Assembly: GCA_002269645.1 (NCBI GenBank)
Contig: NIVC01000432.1
Location: 248,001 to 312,000, forward strand
Source of the DNA: Macrostomum lignano
Taxonomy: Eukaryota
Length of the DNA: 64,000 nucleotides
Direction: 5' to 3'
Shown here one piece after another: positions 1 through 12,612 of this stretch. Both the position numbers and the translations under genes were made by a program. Within the stretch, counting starts at the first letter, position 1. The number at the start of each line of letters is the position of its first letter. A model generated the notes under the pieces. The model made no database searches, was not told the DNA's origin, and saw only the letters and a program-made list of their open reading frames with translations.

Positions 1-159
1 GTGTTCGATAGTTAGCTAGGCTGCCAGAGAGGCCTCCAAGCTATTGGCCAAGTCAGTATTAATCTGCGTCTTAGCTTCTTGTGCAGACGGGAATCGGACT
101 TAGTCTTCTAGAATTTATCTGCTTTAGCTTCCACCCTGACATAAATAGACACTGCGTCA

Positions 160-570
160 TGGACAGATTGGGTCATAGACAGTTGGGAGATTGGGTCATA
201 GACAGATATGGTCATAAACAGTTGAGGACATAGATTGTGTGATAGACAGATATGGTCATAGACAGTTGGGGGCATAGACAGATTGGGTCATAGACAGATA
301 AGGTCATAGACAGATAAGATCATAGACAGATAAGGTTATAGACAGATAAGGTCATGGACAGATAAGGTCATAGACAGATAAGGTCATAGACAGATAAGGT
401 CATAGACAGATAAGGTCATAGACAGATAAGGTCATAGACAGTTTGGTCATTTTCAAATTGAGGCATAGACAGTTTGATCATATCCAAATTGGGTCATAGA
501 CAGTTTGATCATATCCAAATTGGGTCATAGACAGATGGGTCATAACCAAATTGGGTCATAGACCGATGGG
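160..570. repeat. Minisatellite, about 16-bp unit GTCATAGACAGATAAG
   Basis: Direct tandem copies, diverging at the edges. Confidence 0.9.
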
Positions 571-1119
571 GAGACAGTTTAATGTACTATTAAAAATAGC
601 TTGGCAGATGCTGCGTCAGTTTTTTAAAATCGATGCGGCCAGAGCACACATCATAGTGGCATTAAGTGGAATGGAATGGATTTTTCTGAGTGCATTGGTG
701 AACTGGGGAGGGGTGCGAGATAGATAAGGGAAACCCGGCGGGGGTCGGCCCAACCCCCCCCCCCATAGCACCGGAAGCGGCAATCCATGCAATTTCAAGC
801 CTCCCCTTTTGATGCCAAAATCCCGCTTAGTGGCTACTTCAGTGGCTGCGCGGAAGAAGAAATTAATAGCGGCCAAAAATCCCGAAGTGCCTACCGATTT
901 CTGCTCCCGGGCTGCATATTTTTTTATAAAGCAATTGCCGACAAAGGCAATTGACCCCTAGGAGGGGGACGGTTAGAAGGAATAAAATGAATAGCTTTAC
1001 AGCTGCGGAAATTGCTATATTTTTAGGGATATCGGGTATGGAAGGTATTACAATTATTTAGAAGTCTCTTGGTAGGCTTTGGCGAGCGCAACAGAAGATG
1101 CCTCTTTTTCCTGCAGAGA

Positions 1120-1345
1120 TTGACCCTTGGGAGAGGGCATAGCGGGCTTCAATGACTCCTGGGAGAGGGCATAGCGGGCTTCAATGACCCTTGGGAGAGG
1201 GCATAGCGGGCTTCAATGACCCCTGGGAGAGGACGTAGCGGGCTTCAATGACCCTTGGGAGAGGGCAAAGCGGGCTTCAATGGCCCTTGGGAGAGGGCAT
1301 GGCGGGGCTTCAGTGACCCATAGGAGGGGGTATGGCGGGGCTTCA
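1120..1345. repeat. Minisatellite, 32-bp unit GACCCTTGGGAGAGGGCATAGCGGGCTTCAAT
   Basis: About 7 tandem copies. Confidence 0.9.
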
Positions 1346-1829
1346 GTAAATAAATAGTTATAAAGTAGCGATCGATAAATTTTACCCAAATAATTGCGGT
1401 TATTGCAGAATAAACTGCCGCAGTCAGTTGCCCTCCCAAACCCAATAATAAGTGTTTGCTTCGGGTCAGTCAGAATTCCATTGCGCATGCAAAATGAAAC
1501 AAATGAAGGTCGAAAAGGCTACAGTAAAGAACTTGTGTCCCCGCGCGCCACCAGCCAATATCCCAATCTTCATCAGCCTTCATCAGCGTCGATCTCTAGA
1601 GGCCCATCCATCCACAGAGCGGTTCAAAGAGGCCGAGGTCAAGCAAGTCAAACATCACGGCACCTTACTCCCAACATCCTATTCTGCCGCATCTCGCAAT
1701 CCCCACCCCATCACTGTACAGCTAGGGGAGAAACATTCAGGGGAATGAGGAAAACACAGCCTCACTTTATCTCCCAGTTGTGGGAAGAACTGTTGAACCT
1801 GACATCAGCTGTTGTAGCTCTGAAAGTGT

Positions 1830-3285
1830 TGCTGATCTCTCTCCCCTCTCTGATCTCTCTCCCCTCTCTGATCTCCCTCTCTCCCCTCTCTGATCTCCCT
1901 CTCTTCCCTCTCTGATCTCCCTCTCTTCCCTCTCTGATCTCCCTCTCTTCCCTCTCTGATCTCCCTCTCTTCCCTCTCTGATCTCCCTCTCTTCCTTCTC
2001 TGATCTCCCTCTCTCCCCTCTCTGATCTCCCTCTCTCCCCTCTCTGATCTCCCTCTCTCCCCTCTCTGATCTCTCTCCCCTCTCTGATCTCCCTCTCTCC
2101 CTCTCTGATCTCCCTCTCTTCCCTCTCTGATCTCCCTCTCTTCCCTCTCTGATCTCCCTCTCTTCCCTCTCTGATCTCCCTCTCTTCCCTCTCTGATCTC
2201 CCTCTCTTCCCTCTCTGATCTCCCTCTCTTCCTTCTCTGATCTCCCTCTCTCCCCTCTCTGATCTCCCTCTCTCCCCTCTCTGATCTCCCTCTCTCCCCT
2301 CTCTGATCTCTCTCCCCTCTCTTTTCTCTCTCCCCTCTCTGATCTCTCTCCCCTCTCTGATCTCTCTCCCCTCTCTGATCTCTCTCCCCTCTCTGATCTC
2401 TCTCCCCTCTCTGATCTCTCTCCCCTCTCTGATCTCTCTCCCCTCTCTGATCTCTCTCCCCTCTCTGATCTCTCTCCCCTCTCTGATCTCTCTCCCCTCT
2501 CTGATCTCTCTCCCCTCTCTGATCTCTCTCCCCTCTCTGATCTCTCTCCCCTCTCTGATCTCTCTCCCCTCTCTGATCTCTCTCCCCTCTCTGATCTCTC
2601 TCCCCTCTCTGATCTCTCTCCCCTCTCTGATCTCTCTCCCCTCTCTGATCTCTCTCCCCTCTCTGATCTCTCTCCCCTCTCTGATCTCTCTCCCCTCTCT
2701 GATCTCTCTCCCCTCTCTGATCTCTCTCCCCTCTCTGATCTCCCTCTCTTCCCTCTCTGATCTCCCTCTCTTCCCTCTCTGATCTCCCTCTCTTCCCTCT
2801 CTGATCTCCCTCTCTTCCCTCTCTGATCTCCCTCTCTTCCCTCTCTGATCTCCCTCTCTTCCCTCTCTGATCTCCCTCTCTTCCCTCTCTGATCTCCCTC
2901 TCTTCCCTCTCTGATCTCCCTCTCTTCCCTCTCTGATCTCCCTCTCTTCCCTCTCTGATCTCCCTCTCTTCCCTCTCTGATCTCCCTCTCTCCCCTCTCT
3001 GATCTCCCTCTCTTCCCTCTCTGATCTCCCTCTCTTCCCTCTCTGATCTCCCTCTCTTCCCTCTCTGATCTCCCTCTCTCCCCTCTCTGATCTCCCTCTC
3101 TCCCCTCTCTGATCTCCCTCTCTCCCCTCTCTGATCTCCCTCTCTCCCCTCTCTGATCTCCCTCTCTCCCCTCTCTGATCTCCCTCTCTCCCCTCTCTGA
3201 TCTCTCTCCCCTCTCTGATCTCTCTCCCCTCTCTGATCTCTCTCCCCTCTCTGATCTCTCTCCCCTCTCTGATCTCCTCTCGCTT
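1830..3285. repeat. CT-rich minisatellite (19-23-bp GATC-punctuated units)
   Basis: CTCTCTGATCTCCCTCTCTTCC and CTCTCTGATCTCTCTCCC blocks. Accounts for ORF 1767-3299. Confidence 0.95.
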
Positions 3286-3924
3286 CTATACGGTCTCAAC
3301 TCACTCTCTCAAACTCAGTTCGCTTCCTGGCCGTTCCCCCATGCAGTCAGTGACACATTACTAGTCTCAGCATCGCGAGAGTGAAAAAACAGACAGACTG
3401 CTGCAGCGAAGAGAGTTGTGCGTGGGAGTAGCAAATACTCGTATTTGCCCCCCTCCCCTACTCCTCATCCCCCAGCTTCCCCAGCCAGACTCGCTTTGTT
3501 ATTTTAGCCTATTTCAAACTGCAATCGCAAGTTGTCATTGCACTGCTAGACCTCAGACCCATCCACCGCCCCCACAGTACACTTCGTCAATTCAATGCCG
3601 AGATTGTGCTGCCATGCGGGCACAGGCAGCACAGGCTTGATAAAAAGTGGCCCTCCGAGCCCGCCCTCCCCTGCTGTGCGTTTGAGGTGCCGCCCTCTCT
3701 CAGGCTGAGCTAGGTGTTTCTATTAATAATTTATCAGGATAAAGATGCCTTTGTACACATATTCACGCTCTAAATGTGATAACGGACACAGAGAAGAGGT
3801 GAATGTTCTAGCACCTAACGATGTTGCACCTGTCAATCAATTTTAGTTTTAACAAACTCAGGCACATAAAAAGATCAATATTTGTTAGGAACTCTTGACT
3901 GAGTTTGAATGAGAACGGATGCAC

Positions 3925-4170
3925 AGGACAGGGAGTGACCCCATCTATTGGGGAGTGACCCGTACTGAACGACAGGGAGTGACCCCATCGATTGGGGAGT
4001 GACCCGTACTGAACGACAGGGAGTGACCCCATCGATTGGGGAGTGACCCGTACTGAACGACAGGGAGTGACCCCATCGATTGGGGAGTGACCCGTACTGA
4101 ACGACAGGGAGTGACCCCATCGATTGGGGAGTGACCCGTACTGAACGACAGGGAGTGACCCCATCGATTA
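3925..4170. repeat. Minisatellite, 44-bp unit with internal palindrome CCCCATCGATTGGGG
   Basis: About 5.5 near-identical copies with no spacers. Confidence 0.92.
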
Positions 4171-4615
4171 GGGACTGGCACGTCCTTGAAGCGCGGAGAA
4201 TCACGGCTGTCAGTCAGCAGCAGAGCCTGAAAGCAGCCGGTTTGGAATTTCTCTAAACAGAAAAAGCTCCGATTCTGCCGAAACAGAAAAAGCAGAGATG
4301 AAGACTAATATTACAAACCCAATTCAACAGTGAGTTTTTCGAGCCAGCAACAATGGGTCTTGGGATCAGACAATGGAGATTGTGGAGGAGGCATTGCAGT
4401 TTTACGGCTTCCCAGTCTCCATGCGATTGGGAAAAAAAGCGATTGCCCCGCACTCCAACCCGTTGAGTGGCTGAGCGGAGACAAAAGAAAATTGTTTACG
4501 AATGAGCTGCTGTGGGCTTTTGACATCCTGTCTGCCTCTGCTCATGGATGATGCATCAGCACCTTGCGATGGCGCTGTCTGATTTTGTCCCCTAATTGAT
4601 TCCCATCAGTTGCCT

Positions 4616-4891
<276 letters not shown>

Positions 4892-4907
4892 CCGCCCGAA
4901 CCCGCAG

Positions 4908-7900
4908 AGCTGTACTCTCTCTCGGTGTTGCATAATGACAAAGCTCGGGACCGCAGCACTGTGAAGCATTATCGAATCCGTCAATCAACTGAGGTGGTCG
5001 ACGGCGTCGGCTGCTGCCGCTACTTCATCACCAGCCGCAAGAAGTTCGCCAGCCTGCAATCGTTGATTGACAATTACAGCGCCGACGCTGACGGCCTCTG
5101 CTGCCGCCTGTCCGGCCCGTGCCCCCGGCCCGTGCCCACTATCGCTGACCTGTCTTATGAGACCCGCGATCAATGGGAAATTCCCAGGTGCCAGATTGCT
5201 CTAATTAAGCTAATATGCATAAATGCTTGTACCTGAAACTGGCGGCTATGGCTCAGGACTGTGACCAATAACTCCAAAAGTATCCATGGCCATGACTGAT
5301 GTCTTACGATTATAATGTATATAAACATGAAATCCAATAATGTCTCAATGGCCAAACACTCTCATCAGCAATAGTGTCTATGGCCAAGCACTCCTATCAG
5401 CAATAGTGTCTATGGCCAAGCACTCCTATCAGCAATAGTGTCTATGGCCAAGCGCTCCTATCAGCAATAGTTTCTATGACCAAGCGCTCCTATTAGCAAT
5501 AGTGTCTATGGTCAAGCGCTCCTATCAGCAAGTGTCTATGGCCAAACACTCATCAGCAATAGTGTCTATGGCCAAACACTCTCATCAGCAATAGTGTCTA
5601 TGGCCAAACACTCTCATCAGCAATAGTGTCTATGGCCAAACACTCCTAATAGTGTCTATGGCCAAACACTCCTAATAGTGTCTATGGCCAAACACTCCTA
5701 ATAGTGTCTATGGCCAAACACTCCTAATAGTGTCTATGGCCAAACACTCCTAATAGTGTCTATGGCCAAACACTCCTAATAGTGTCTATGGCCAAACACT
5801 CCTAATAGTGTCTATGGCCAAACACTCCTAATAGTATCTATGGCCAAACACTCCTAATAGTGTCTATGGCCAAACACTCCTAATAGTTTCTATGGCCAAA
5901 CACTCTCATCAGCAATATTGTTTATGGCCAAGCACAACCCTGTCTGCCCCTCACCAAAATTCCAGAGACCAGATCCATCTGGTCGAACGTCTGGGCGCTG
6001 GTCAATTTGGCGAAGTCTGGCGCGGCCTCTTCAACGAGCGCCACCCGGTGGCAGTGAAGATGCTCCGTGGTGGCGGCATGTCTCGCGCCGAGTTCCTCAA
6101 AGAGGCCAGAATAATGAAACAGCTGCGACATCCCAAACTGGTGCAATTATTTGCCGTGTGCACAGAGAAGGATCCGATGTACATCGTGACGGAGCTGATG
6201 AGCAGAGGCTCGCTGCTCACCCACCTGAGGGACGCCAAGCCGCACGAGTTAGAGCTGAGCGCACTGATTGACATCATGGCACAGATTGCCAGCGGGATGG
6301 CCTACCTTGAGGTGAGGCTGCGGCTAAGGAGGCATAGACGGAGGGTCTGAGTGTTCTAATATGCCTGCATGATGTCGCCTAATTACCTAATTACCCTAAT
6401 ATCCTAATTCGTCTATCCTAATATCAGTGGCAGTCTATCTGAATCTCAGTGAGAGTCTATCTGAATCTCAATGGCAGTCTATCTGAATCTCAGTGACAGT
6501 CTATCTGAATCTCAGTGGAAGCTGGAAGTCTATCTGAATCTCAATGGCAGTCTATCTGAATCTCAGTGACAGTCTATCTGAATCTCAGTGGCAGTCTATC
6601 GAATCTTAGCGGTAGCCTATTGTTCAATTCTGTAAAAAAAATTTTCTGCAAACATCGTTCATTCCCAGCATATTACACTCAGTTAAACAAAGCATTCAAT
6701 TGGTTCAGGTGTCTGAGAAATAGTTGAAGTGCGTGTTCACTGGGCAGGCCCTCCCGTGTTTGCCTGGCTGTAGAGCCAATAAACCTGACTCATTGGTCTC
6801 AAGCTGCACTGTAAATCGGTATATTCAAGCCTAGCTGCCTCACTCCCGTACCACAGAAAGCTGTCACATCGCCTTACAAATGAAAAATCACTCAAGAAGA
6901 TTAATTTTTTACAGCTAAAATACGCAGAAATATTATTAATTAAGCACTTATCTATCCTACTACTGGTCTGTGAGTAGCAAGTAAGAAATATACAAATAAA
7001 TTCAGACCTTAAAAAATTGCTTTAAAATAAACTTTAGCCAATTTTCTCTCTTAGGGCACCCCTGTCTCTTAGGGCGCCCCTGTGTCTCTTAGGGTGCCCC
7101 CTGTCTCTTAGGGCGCCCCTGTCTCTTAGGGCGCCCCCTGTCTCTTAGGGCGCCCCCTGTCTCTTAGGGCGCCCCCTGTCTCTTAGGGCGCCCCCTGTCT
7201 CTTAGGGCGCCCCCTGTCTCTTAGGGCGCCCCCTGTCTCTTAGGGCGCCCCCTGCCTCTTAGGGCGCCCCCTGTCTCTTAGGGCGCCCCCTGTCTCTTAG
7301 GGCGCCCCCTGTCTCTTAGGGCGCCCCCTGTCTCTTAGGGCGCCCCTGTCTCTTAGGGCGCCCCCTGTCTCTTAGGGCGCCCCCTGTCTCTTAGGGCGCC
7401 CCCTGTCTCTTAGGGCGCCTCCTTGTCTCTTAGGGCACCCCTGTCTCTTAGGGTGCCCCCTTTTCTTTTAGGGCGCCCCCTGTCTCTTAGGGCGCCCCCT
7501 GTCTCTTAGGGCGCCCCCTGTCTCTTAGGGCGCCCCTGTGTCTCTTAGGGTGGCCCCTGTCTCTTAGGGCGCCCCCTGTCTCTTAGGGCGCCCCCTGTCT
7601 CTTAGGGCGCCCCCTGTCTCTTAGGGCGCCCCCTGTCTCTTAGGGCGCCCCCTGTCTCTTAGGGCGCCCCCTGTGTCTCTTAGGGCGCCTCCTTGTCTCT
7701 TAGGGCACCCCTGTCTCTTAGGGTGCCCCCTTTTCTTTTAGGGCGCCCCCTGTCTCTTAGGGCGCCCCCTGTCTCTTAGGGCGCCCCCTGTCTCTTAGGG
7801 CGCCCCTGTGTCTCTTAGGGTGCCCCCTGTCTCTTAGGGCGCCCCCTGTCTCTTAGGGCGCCCCCTGTCTCTTAGGGCGCCCCCTGTCTCTTAGGGCGCC

Positions 7901-8889
7901 CCCTGTCTCTTAGGGCGCCCCCTGTCTCTTAGGGCGCCCCTGTCTCTTAGGGCGCCCCTGTCTCTTAGGGCGCCCCCTGTCTCTTAGGGCGCCCCCTGTC
8001 TCTTAGGGCGCCCCCTGTCTCTTAGGGCGCCCCCTGTCTCTTAGGGCGCCCCCTGTCTCTTAGGGCGCCCCCTGTCTCTTAGGGCGCCCCCTGTCTCTTA
8101 GGGCGCCCCCTGTCTCTTAGGGCGCCCCCTGTCTCTTAGGGCGCCCCCTGTCTCTTAGGGCGCCCCCTGTCTCTTAGGGCGCCCCCTGTCTCTTAGGGCG
8201 CCCCCTGTCTCTTAGGGCGCCCCCTGTCTCTTAGGGCGCCCCTGTCTCTTAGGGCGCCCCTGTCTCTTAGAAATCCCCTGTCTCTTGGGTGGGTACCTAC
8301 ATCTACCTAAATCTACCTAAATCTGCAACTGGAACCATCGATAGCCTTAAATCCTCTTTAATCGTTTTTGCAGGCCGAAAAGTTCATCCACCGCGACTTA
8401 GCCGCCCGCAACATCCTAGTTGGCGACAACAACAGTGTCAAAGTTGCCGACTTCGGACTTTCCCGAGCTATCGGCGATGGCGAGAACGGCGAGTACACGG
8501 CTAAACAGGGCACCAAATTTCCGATTAAATGGACAAGCCCGGAGGCTGCCCTGTTGGGTCGATTCTCCATCAAATCCGACGTCTGGTCCTTCGGCGTGGT
8601 GCTGTTCGAAATCGTCACCAAAGGCCAGGTGCCGTACGCCAGCATGTCGAATACGGAGACTCTGACAGCCGTGGAGAACGGCTACCGGATGCCGAGGCCG
8701 GCAGACTGTCCGCAGGCGTTGTACGACCTGATGCTCAGCTGCTGGAATGTCCAACCAGACTTGCGACCAACTTTTGCTTTCTTGCAGGCCAACTTTGACG
8801 ACTTTTTGCCAATAACGGAGTCCAGCTACCGGCCTGCGAGCAGGGACGACTGTGGAGCCGCCACTCAGGTGCGGTGCACATCCTGCTAG
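4908..8889 (+). CDS. Src-family non-receptor tyrosine kinase, Src42A/FRK-like (5'-partial: C-terminal SH2 plus kinase domain)
   Basis: Exons 4908-5187, 5966-6311 and 8374-8889 join in frame at GT-AG sites. Motifs: SH2 (YSLSV...VKHYRIR...DGLCCRL), [45 protein letters not shown], activation loop [21 protein letters not shown], and tail Tyr (TESSY). SH3 and N-terminal SH2 exons were not found in the window. The first acceptor is ambiguous (4619, 4889 or 4907). Confidence 0.93.
5345..5925. repeat. Intronic minisatellite, 26-32-bp unit CTATGGCCAAACACTCCTAATAGTGT
   Basis: Tandem copies in Src intron 5188-5965. Confidence 0.93.
6425..6600. repeat. Intronic minisatellite, 22-bp unit AGTCTATCTGAATCTCAGTGGC
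   Basis: About 8 copies. Confidence 0.9.
7045..8285. repeat. Intronic minisatellite, 19-bp unit GTCTCTTAGGGCGCCCCCT
   Basis: About 65 copies, with a duplicated block of variant units (about 7400-7560 and 7670-7830). Confidence 0.97.
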
Positions 8890-8929
8890 GAATTCCTTGT
8901 CAATGCTATTGTCCTTGCTGTCTTACTGA

Positions 8930-9800
8930 GAATCCTAGTGCCCTTGCTAGCCTATAATTACCCGAGAATCCTATAGTGCTCTCACTAGCCTATAATTACC
9001 TGAGAATCCTAGTGCTCTCGTGCTAGCCTATAATTACCTGAAAATCCTATAAAGTGCTATCACTAGCCTATAATTACCTGAGAATCCTAGTGCTCTCGTG
9101 CTAGCCTATAATTACCTGAAAATCCTATAAAGTGCTATCGCTAGCCTATAGTTACCTGAGAATCCTATATAGTGCTATCGCTAGCCTATAATTACCTGAG
9201 AATCCTAGTGCTCTCGTGCTAGCCTATAATTACCTGAAAATCCTATAAAGTGCTATCGCTAGCCTATAGTTACCTGAGAATCCTATATAGTGCTATCGCT
9301 AGCCTATAATTACCTGATAATCCTATATAGTGCTATCACTAGCCTATAATTACCTGAGAATCCTAGTGCTCTCGCGCTAGCCTATAATTACCTGAGAATC
9401 CTATATAGTGCTATCGCTAGCCTATAATTACCTGAGAATCCTATATAGTGCTATCGCTAGCCTATAATTACCTGAGAATCCTAGTGCTCTCGCGCTAGCC
9501 TATAATTACCTGAGAATCCTAGTGCTCTCGCGCTGGCCTATAATTACCTGAGAATCCTATATAGTGCTATCGCTAGCCTATAATTACCTGAGAATCCTAG
9601 TGCTCTCGCTGGCCTATATAATTACCTGAGAATCCTATATAGTGCTATCGCTAGCCTATAATTACCTGAGAATCCTATATAGTGCTATCGCTAGCCTATA
9701 ACTACCTGAGAATCCTAGTGCTCTAGCTAGCCTATAACTACCTGCAGAGAATCCTATAGTGCTCTCGCGCTAAACCTATAAGTACCTGAGGATCCTAGTG
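8930..9800. repeat. Minisatellite, 38-40-bp unit GCTAGCCTATAATTACCTGAGAATCCTATATAGTGCTATC
   Basis: About 22 copies immediately 3' of the Src stop codon. Confidence 0.93.
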
Positions 9801-10259
9801 CTCACCCTGATACACAATTCGATATCCTATCCGTTTTCAGTCGCCATCCCGGCAAGTGTAGCCATCATAATGGAACAAATAAATCCAATCATCGACGACA
9901 AACAAGTTGGGGTGTGCTCCAAACTGACAGCGTGGACCCACCGGTTCGACTTACAGTATACATAAGCTGTCGAATATTCGCGCTCATTACTTGTTGCGGT
10001 CGTACAGGTTCCGCTTTCATTGCCAATTTAATGCTGTTTGTTCCCGCCTCTCTCTAAAAGTGCATTTTTGCTGACTAGCGGCGAATACTTATTATTGAAA
10101 TATGATTAATTAATTCTTACAGTGCGAAAAAGTTGCTGCATCGTAAAAATTTTTATTGTTCAAAGTTAAAGGATCTTCTCAAATATATATACTAGATACT
10201 TAAACTGTTGCTTAAATTGTTGCTTTTTCGCAGATACACGTTCCATAAAACTAGTAGAT

Positions 10260-10993
10260 AGGTCACTTAGGCATGGCTTGATAAAAGTTTCGCTACTTTA
10301 AGTAGTAGGAAAGCATACGTAACCTTTTTTGAACAGAAAGCCAGTTAGAATGACTTGCAGATGTAAACAACTCGCTAATGTACATTAATTAGCAGCGCCA
10401 CTGAAAATGTACATGGCCGCTTTAGGCTTGAAAACCGACGAAGGCAATAAAAATTGGGCGGCGGGGCGGGGGTAGAGATTTTGTGCGGAAAGACGCATTT
10501 GAGTTCAGCTGGTGGACCCACTTGACTAGTCGGGTGCGATGGGCTGCCTGGATAAATCGAGGAAGACCATAAAAATTGGGCGGCGGGGCGGGGGTAGAGA
10601 TTTTGTGCGGAAAGACGCATTTGAGTTCAGCTGGTGGACCCACTTGACTAGTCGGGTGCGATGGGCTGCCTGGATAAATCGAGGAAGACCATAAAAATTG
10701 GGCGGCGGGGCGGGGGTAGAGATTTTGTGCGGAAAGACGCATTTGAGTTCAGCTGGTGGACCCACTTGACTAGTCGGGTGCGATGGGCTGCCTGGATAAA
10801 TCGAGGAAGACCATAAAAATTGGGCGGCGCGGCGGGGGTAGACATTTTGTGCGGAAAGACGCGGTTGTCTTTTAAGGACGATGTAATTTAAAGGTCAATA
10901 AATGAGTCTTGCCCTAAAGTACATTTATAATGCTTCATACAGAACATTCTTCTGAACTGATAGTAGCTTACACGGAAATATGCCGAGTGGCTC
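10260..10993 (+). mobile_element. MITE-like inverted-repeat family, copy 1 (carries the internal 120-bp tandem array)
   Basis: Ends GGTCACTT...CTACTTT and TGAACTGATAGTAG...AAATATGCCGAGTGG. The internal TGTACAT..AATAAAAATTGGGCGG block is shared with 12031-12426, and the AAAAATTGGGCGG core with 13999-14252. Boundaries are approximate. Confidence 0.55.
10450..10862. repeat. 120-bp tandem repeat, about 3.4 copies
   Basis: Near-identical units starting AAAATTGGGCGGCGGGGCGGGGGTAGAG, inside MITE-like copy 1. Confidence 0.93.
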
Positions 10994-11215
10994 ATAAAGT
11001 TATCGCATCCGGTTTTTCAGATTTTTCTCAATAGGCAGCTCGGATGATTGATAAATGCATAGTTCACTGATTCCAGTAAAATATTGTTTAAAAAAACATA
11101 ACATATTAAACTAGTGATGAAATCAGATACATTAAAGGTCACTAAGAATGTGAAGAAGCGGTCACGCAGTCCGAGCAGTCAGTAATTTGGGGTTCATGCA
11201 CTGCACAGCAATGGG

Positions 11216-11629
11216 GGGAGGCTTCACAAGCTCTAATTTTCATAACCGCTAACTCACTTACTTTCACAAGCGCTAAACTTCATAATAGCTAAAATTCACT
11301 ACCTACTTCCACAAACGCTAAACTTCACAACCGCTAAAACACAAATGTCGCCTACTTTCACAAGCGCTAAAGTAGTATATTAGTGTATTAGTATAGTATA
11401 TTAGTATTAGTATATTAGTGTATATAGTATATTAACATTTTAGCGCTTGTAAAAGAAGCCGACATTCGTGTTTTGGGGATTGTGAAGTTTAGCGTTTGTG
11501 AAGTTTAGCGTTTGTGAAGTTTAGCGCTTGTGAAAGTAGGCGGCAAATTTTTAGCTATTATGAAGTTTAGCGCTTGTGAAAGTCAATGTCGTTAGCGGTT
11601 ATGAAAATTAGCGCTTGTGAAAGCGACCC
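11216..11629. mobile_element. Non-autonomous Mutator-like MITE (long TIRs, 9-bp TSD)
   Basis: A near-palindromic 414-bp element whose ends (GGGAGGCTTCACAAGCTCTAATTTTCATAACCGCTAAC and GTTAGCGGTTATGAAAATTAGCGCTTGTGAAAGCGACCC) are inverted repeats. It is flanked by an exact 9-bp direct repeat AGCAATGGG (11207-11215 and 11630-11638). Confidence 0.85.
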
Positions 11630-12030
11630 AGCAATGGGCTCTTGCTGACGATGTGAGTCAGGACCCCACTCAGGGGTCAGTGGAATGGGCAGAATGGGGA
11701 ATGACTGCTTGTTAACTACTCGCAACTAGTGTGCTAACTGACTAACTAATTATTCATCGTCATCAACCTTCAAGGCAGCCTTCACCGTCTCCACCTGTAG
11801 CAACACACTTTTCCCATCGCTTGAGCATTCCGTGCCTTTGGCCTTCTTTCGATTGCACACTCATGATGGTATCAATAATCACAAAAATCAAAACGCTTGA
11901 CTAAACGAAATTTCGCAAGTCGCAAAATAGTGAGATTTGCTTACAAGTGGCGGAGTGTATAAAATACTCAACACAGAAAGGTAGACGGAGAGTGCTGCAC
12001 CACAGATACTAGAATAACTGGTTACTGGAT

Positions 12031-12426
12031 GGGCCACTCATCACATTTGCGTGTAAACTACTTTCAGTTCAGTAGCAAGTTAAACAGAAGCATTTTACTG
12101 TATTTTTGAAGCTAATTTGTTGGCTTTTACCCCCCAGCCTAAACCCTCCAACCGCCTTTCCACACTACCCCCCGGTCCCGCCCCAATTTTTATTGCCTTT
12201 CTCGGAATTTCAGCCTAAAGCTGCCATGTACATTTCAGTGGACTGGCTAATGTACATTATTGGTGAACCAATTAGCAAATTGTTTGTGCCTGCAAGCTTG
12301 GCTCCTAGTGTAAACTTATCAAAGTTGTTTTAGCTGCCTTCTTATAAAATAGCTTATATATTCTTCTTTGCTACTGAACTGAAAGTAGAAAGCTGTTTTG
12401 CTAAGCATATATGCACGAGTGGTCCC
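12031..12426 (-). mobile_element. MITE-like inverted-repeat family, copy 2
   Basis: Perfect inner inverted repeat CTACTTTCAGTTCAGTAGCA (12058-12077 and 12369-12388), extending outward to GGGCCACTC...GAGTGGTCCC. The interior is the reverse complement of 10375-10480. Confidence 0.65.
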
Positions 12427-12612
12427 CATCTAGTTCTTTAATTTAGTATCTGTGGCATGCACTGTATATTAGAGCCGTTTTGTGTACGCTCGAACTTGCA
12501 TTCATTGGAAAGAAGAGATGTGCCGCTTTAAAATGACGCCAAAGTTTTGCTCTCAGCAGCTACCGCTTTGCTCTGGGATTAAAAGTATCAGAACTTTCCG
12601 GACACCCTCGTA
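12427..12612 (-). mobile_element. Probable Tc1/mariner-type terminal fragment
   Basis: The minus strand reads TA-CGAGGGTGTCCGGAAAGTTCTGATAC, resembling mariner TIR starts with a TA target. The partner end was not found. Confidence 0.4.

Noticed and set aside
1767-3299. 510-aa R/E/S/G-rich ORF
   Set aside because: Translation of the CT-rich minisatellite. Stop-free because of composition, with no unique coding sequence.
3925-4170. CRISPR-like palindromic repeats
   Set aside because: Units are contiguous and identical with no unique spacers, there are no cas genes, and the context is eukaryotic.
1394-4551. Upstream SH3/N-terminal SH2 exons of the Src gene
   Set aside because: No ALYDY, WW or PSNY motif and no WYFG/FLIR motif was found in the ORFs or frames checked. 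They probably lie outside the window.
4330-4551. Short coding-like segment (...KLFTNELLWAFDIL...) suggestive of a decayed transposon
   Set aside because: Too short, with no diagnostic motif I can name.
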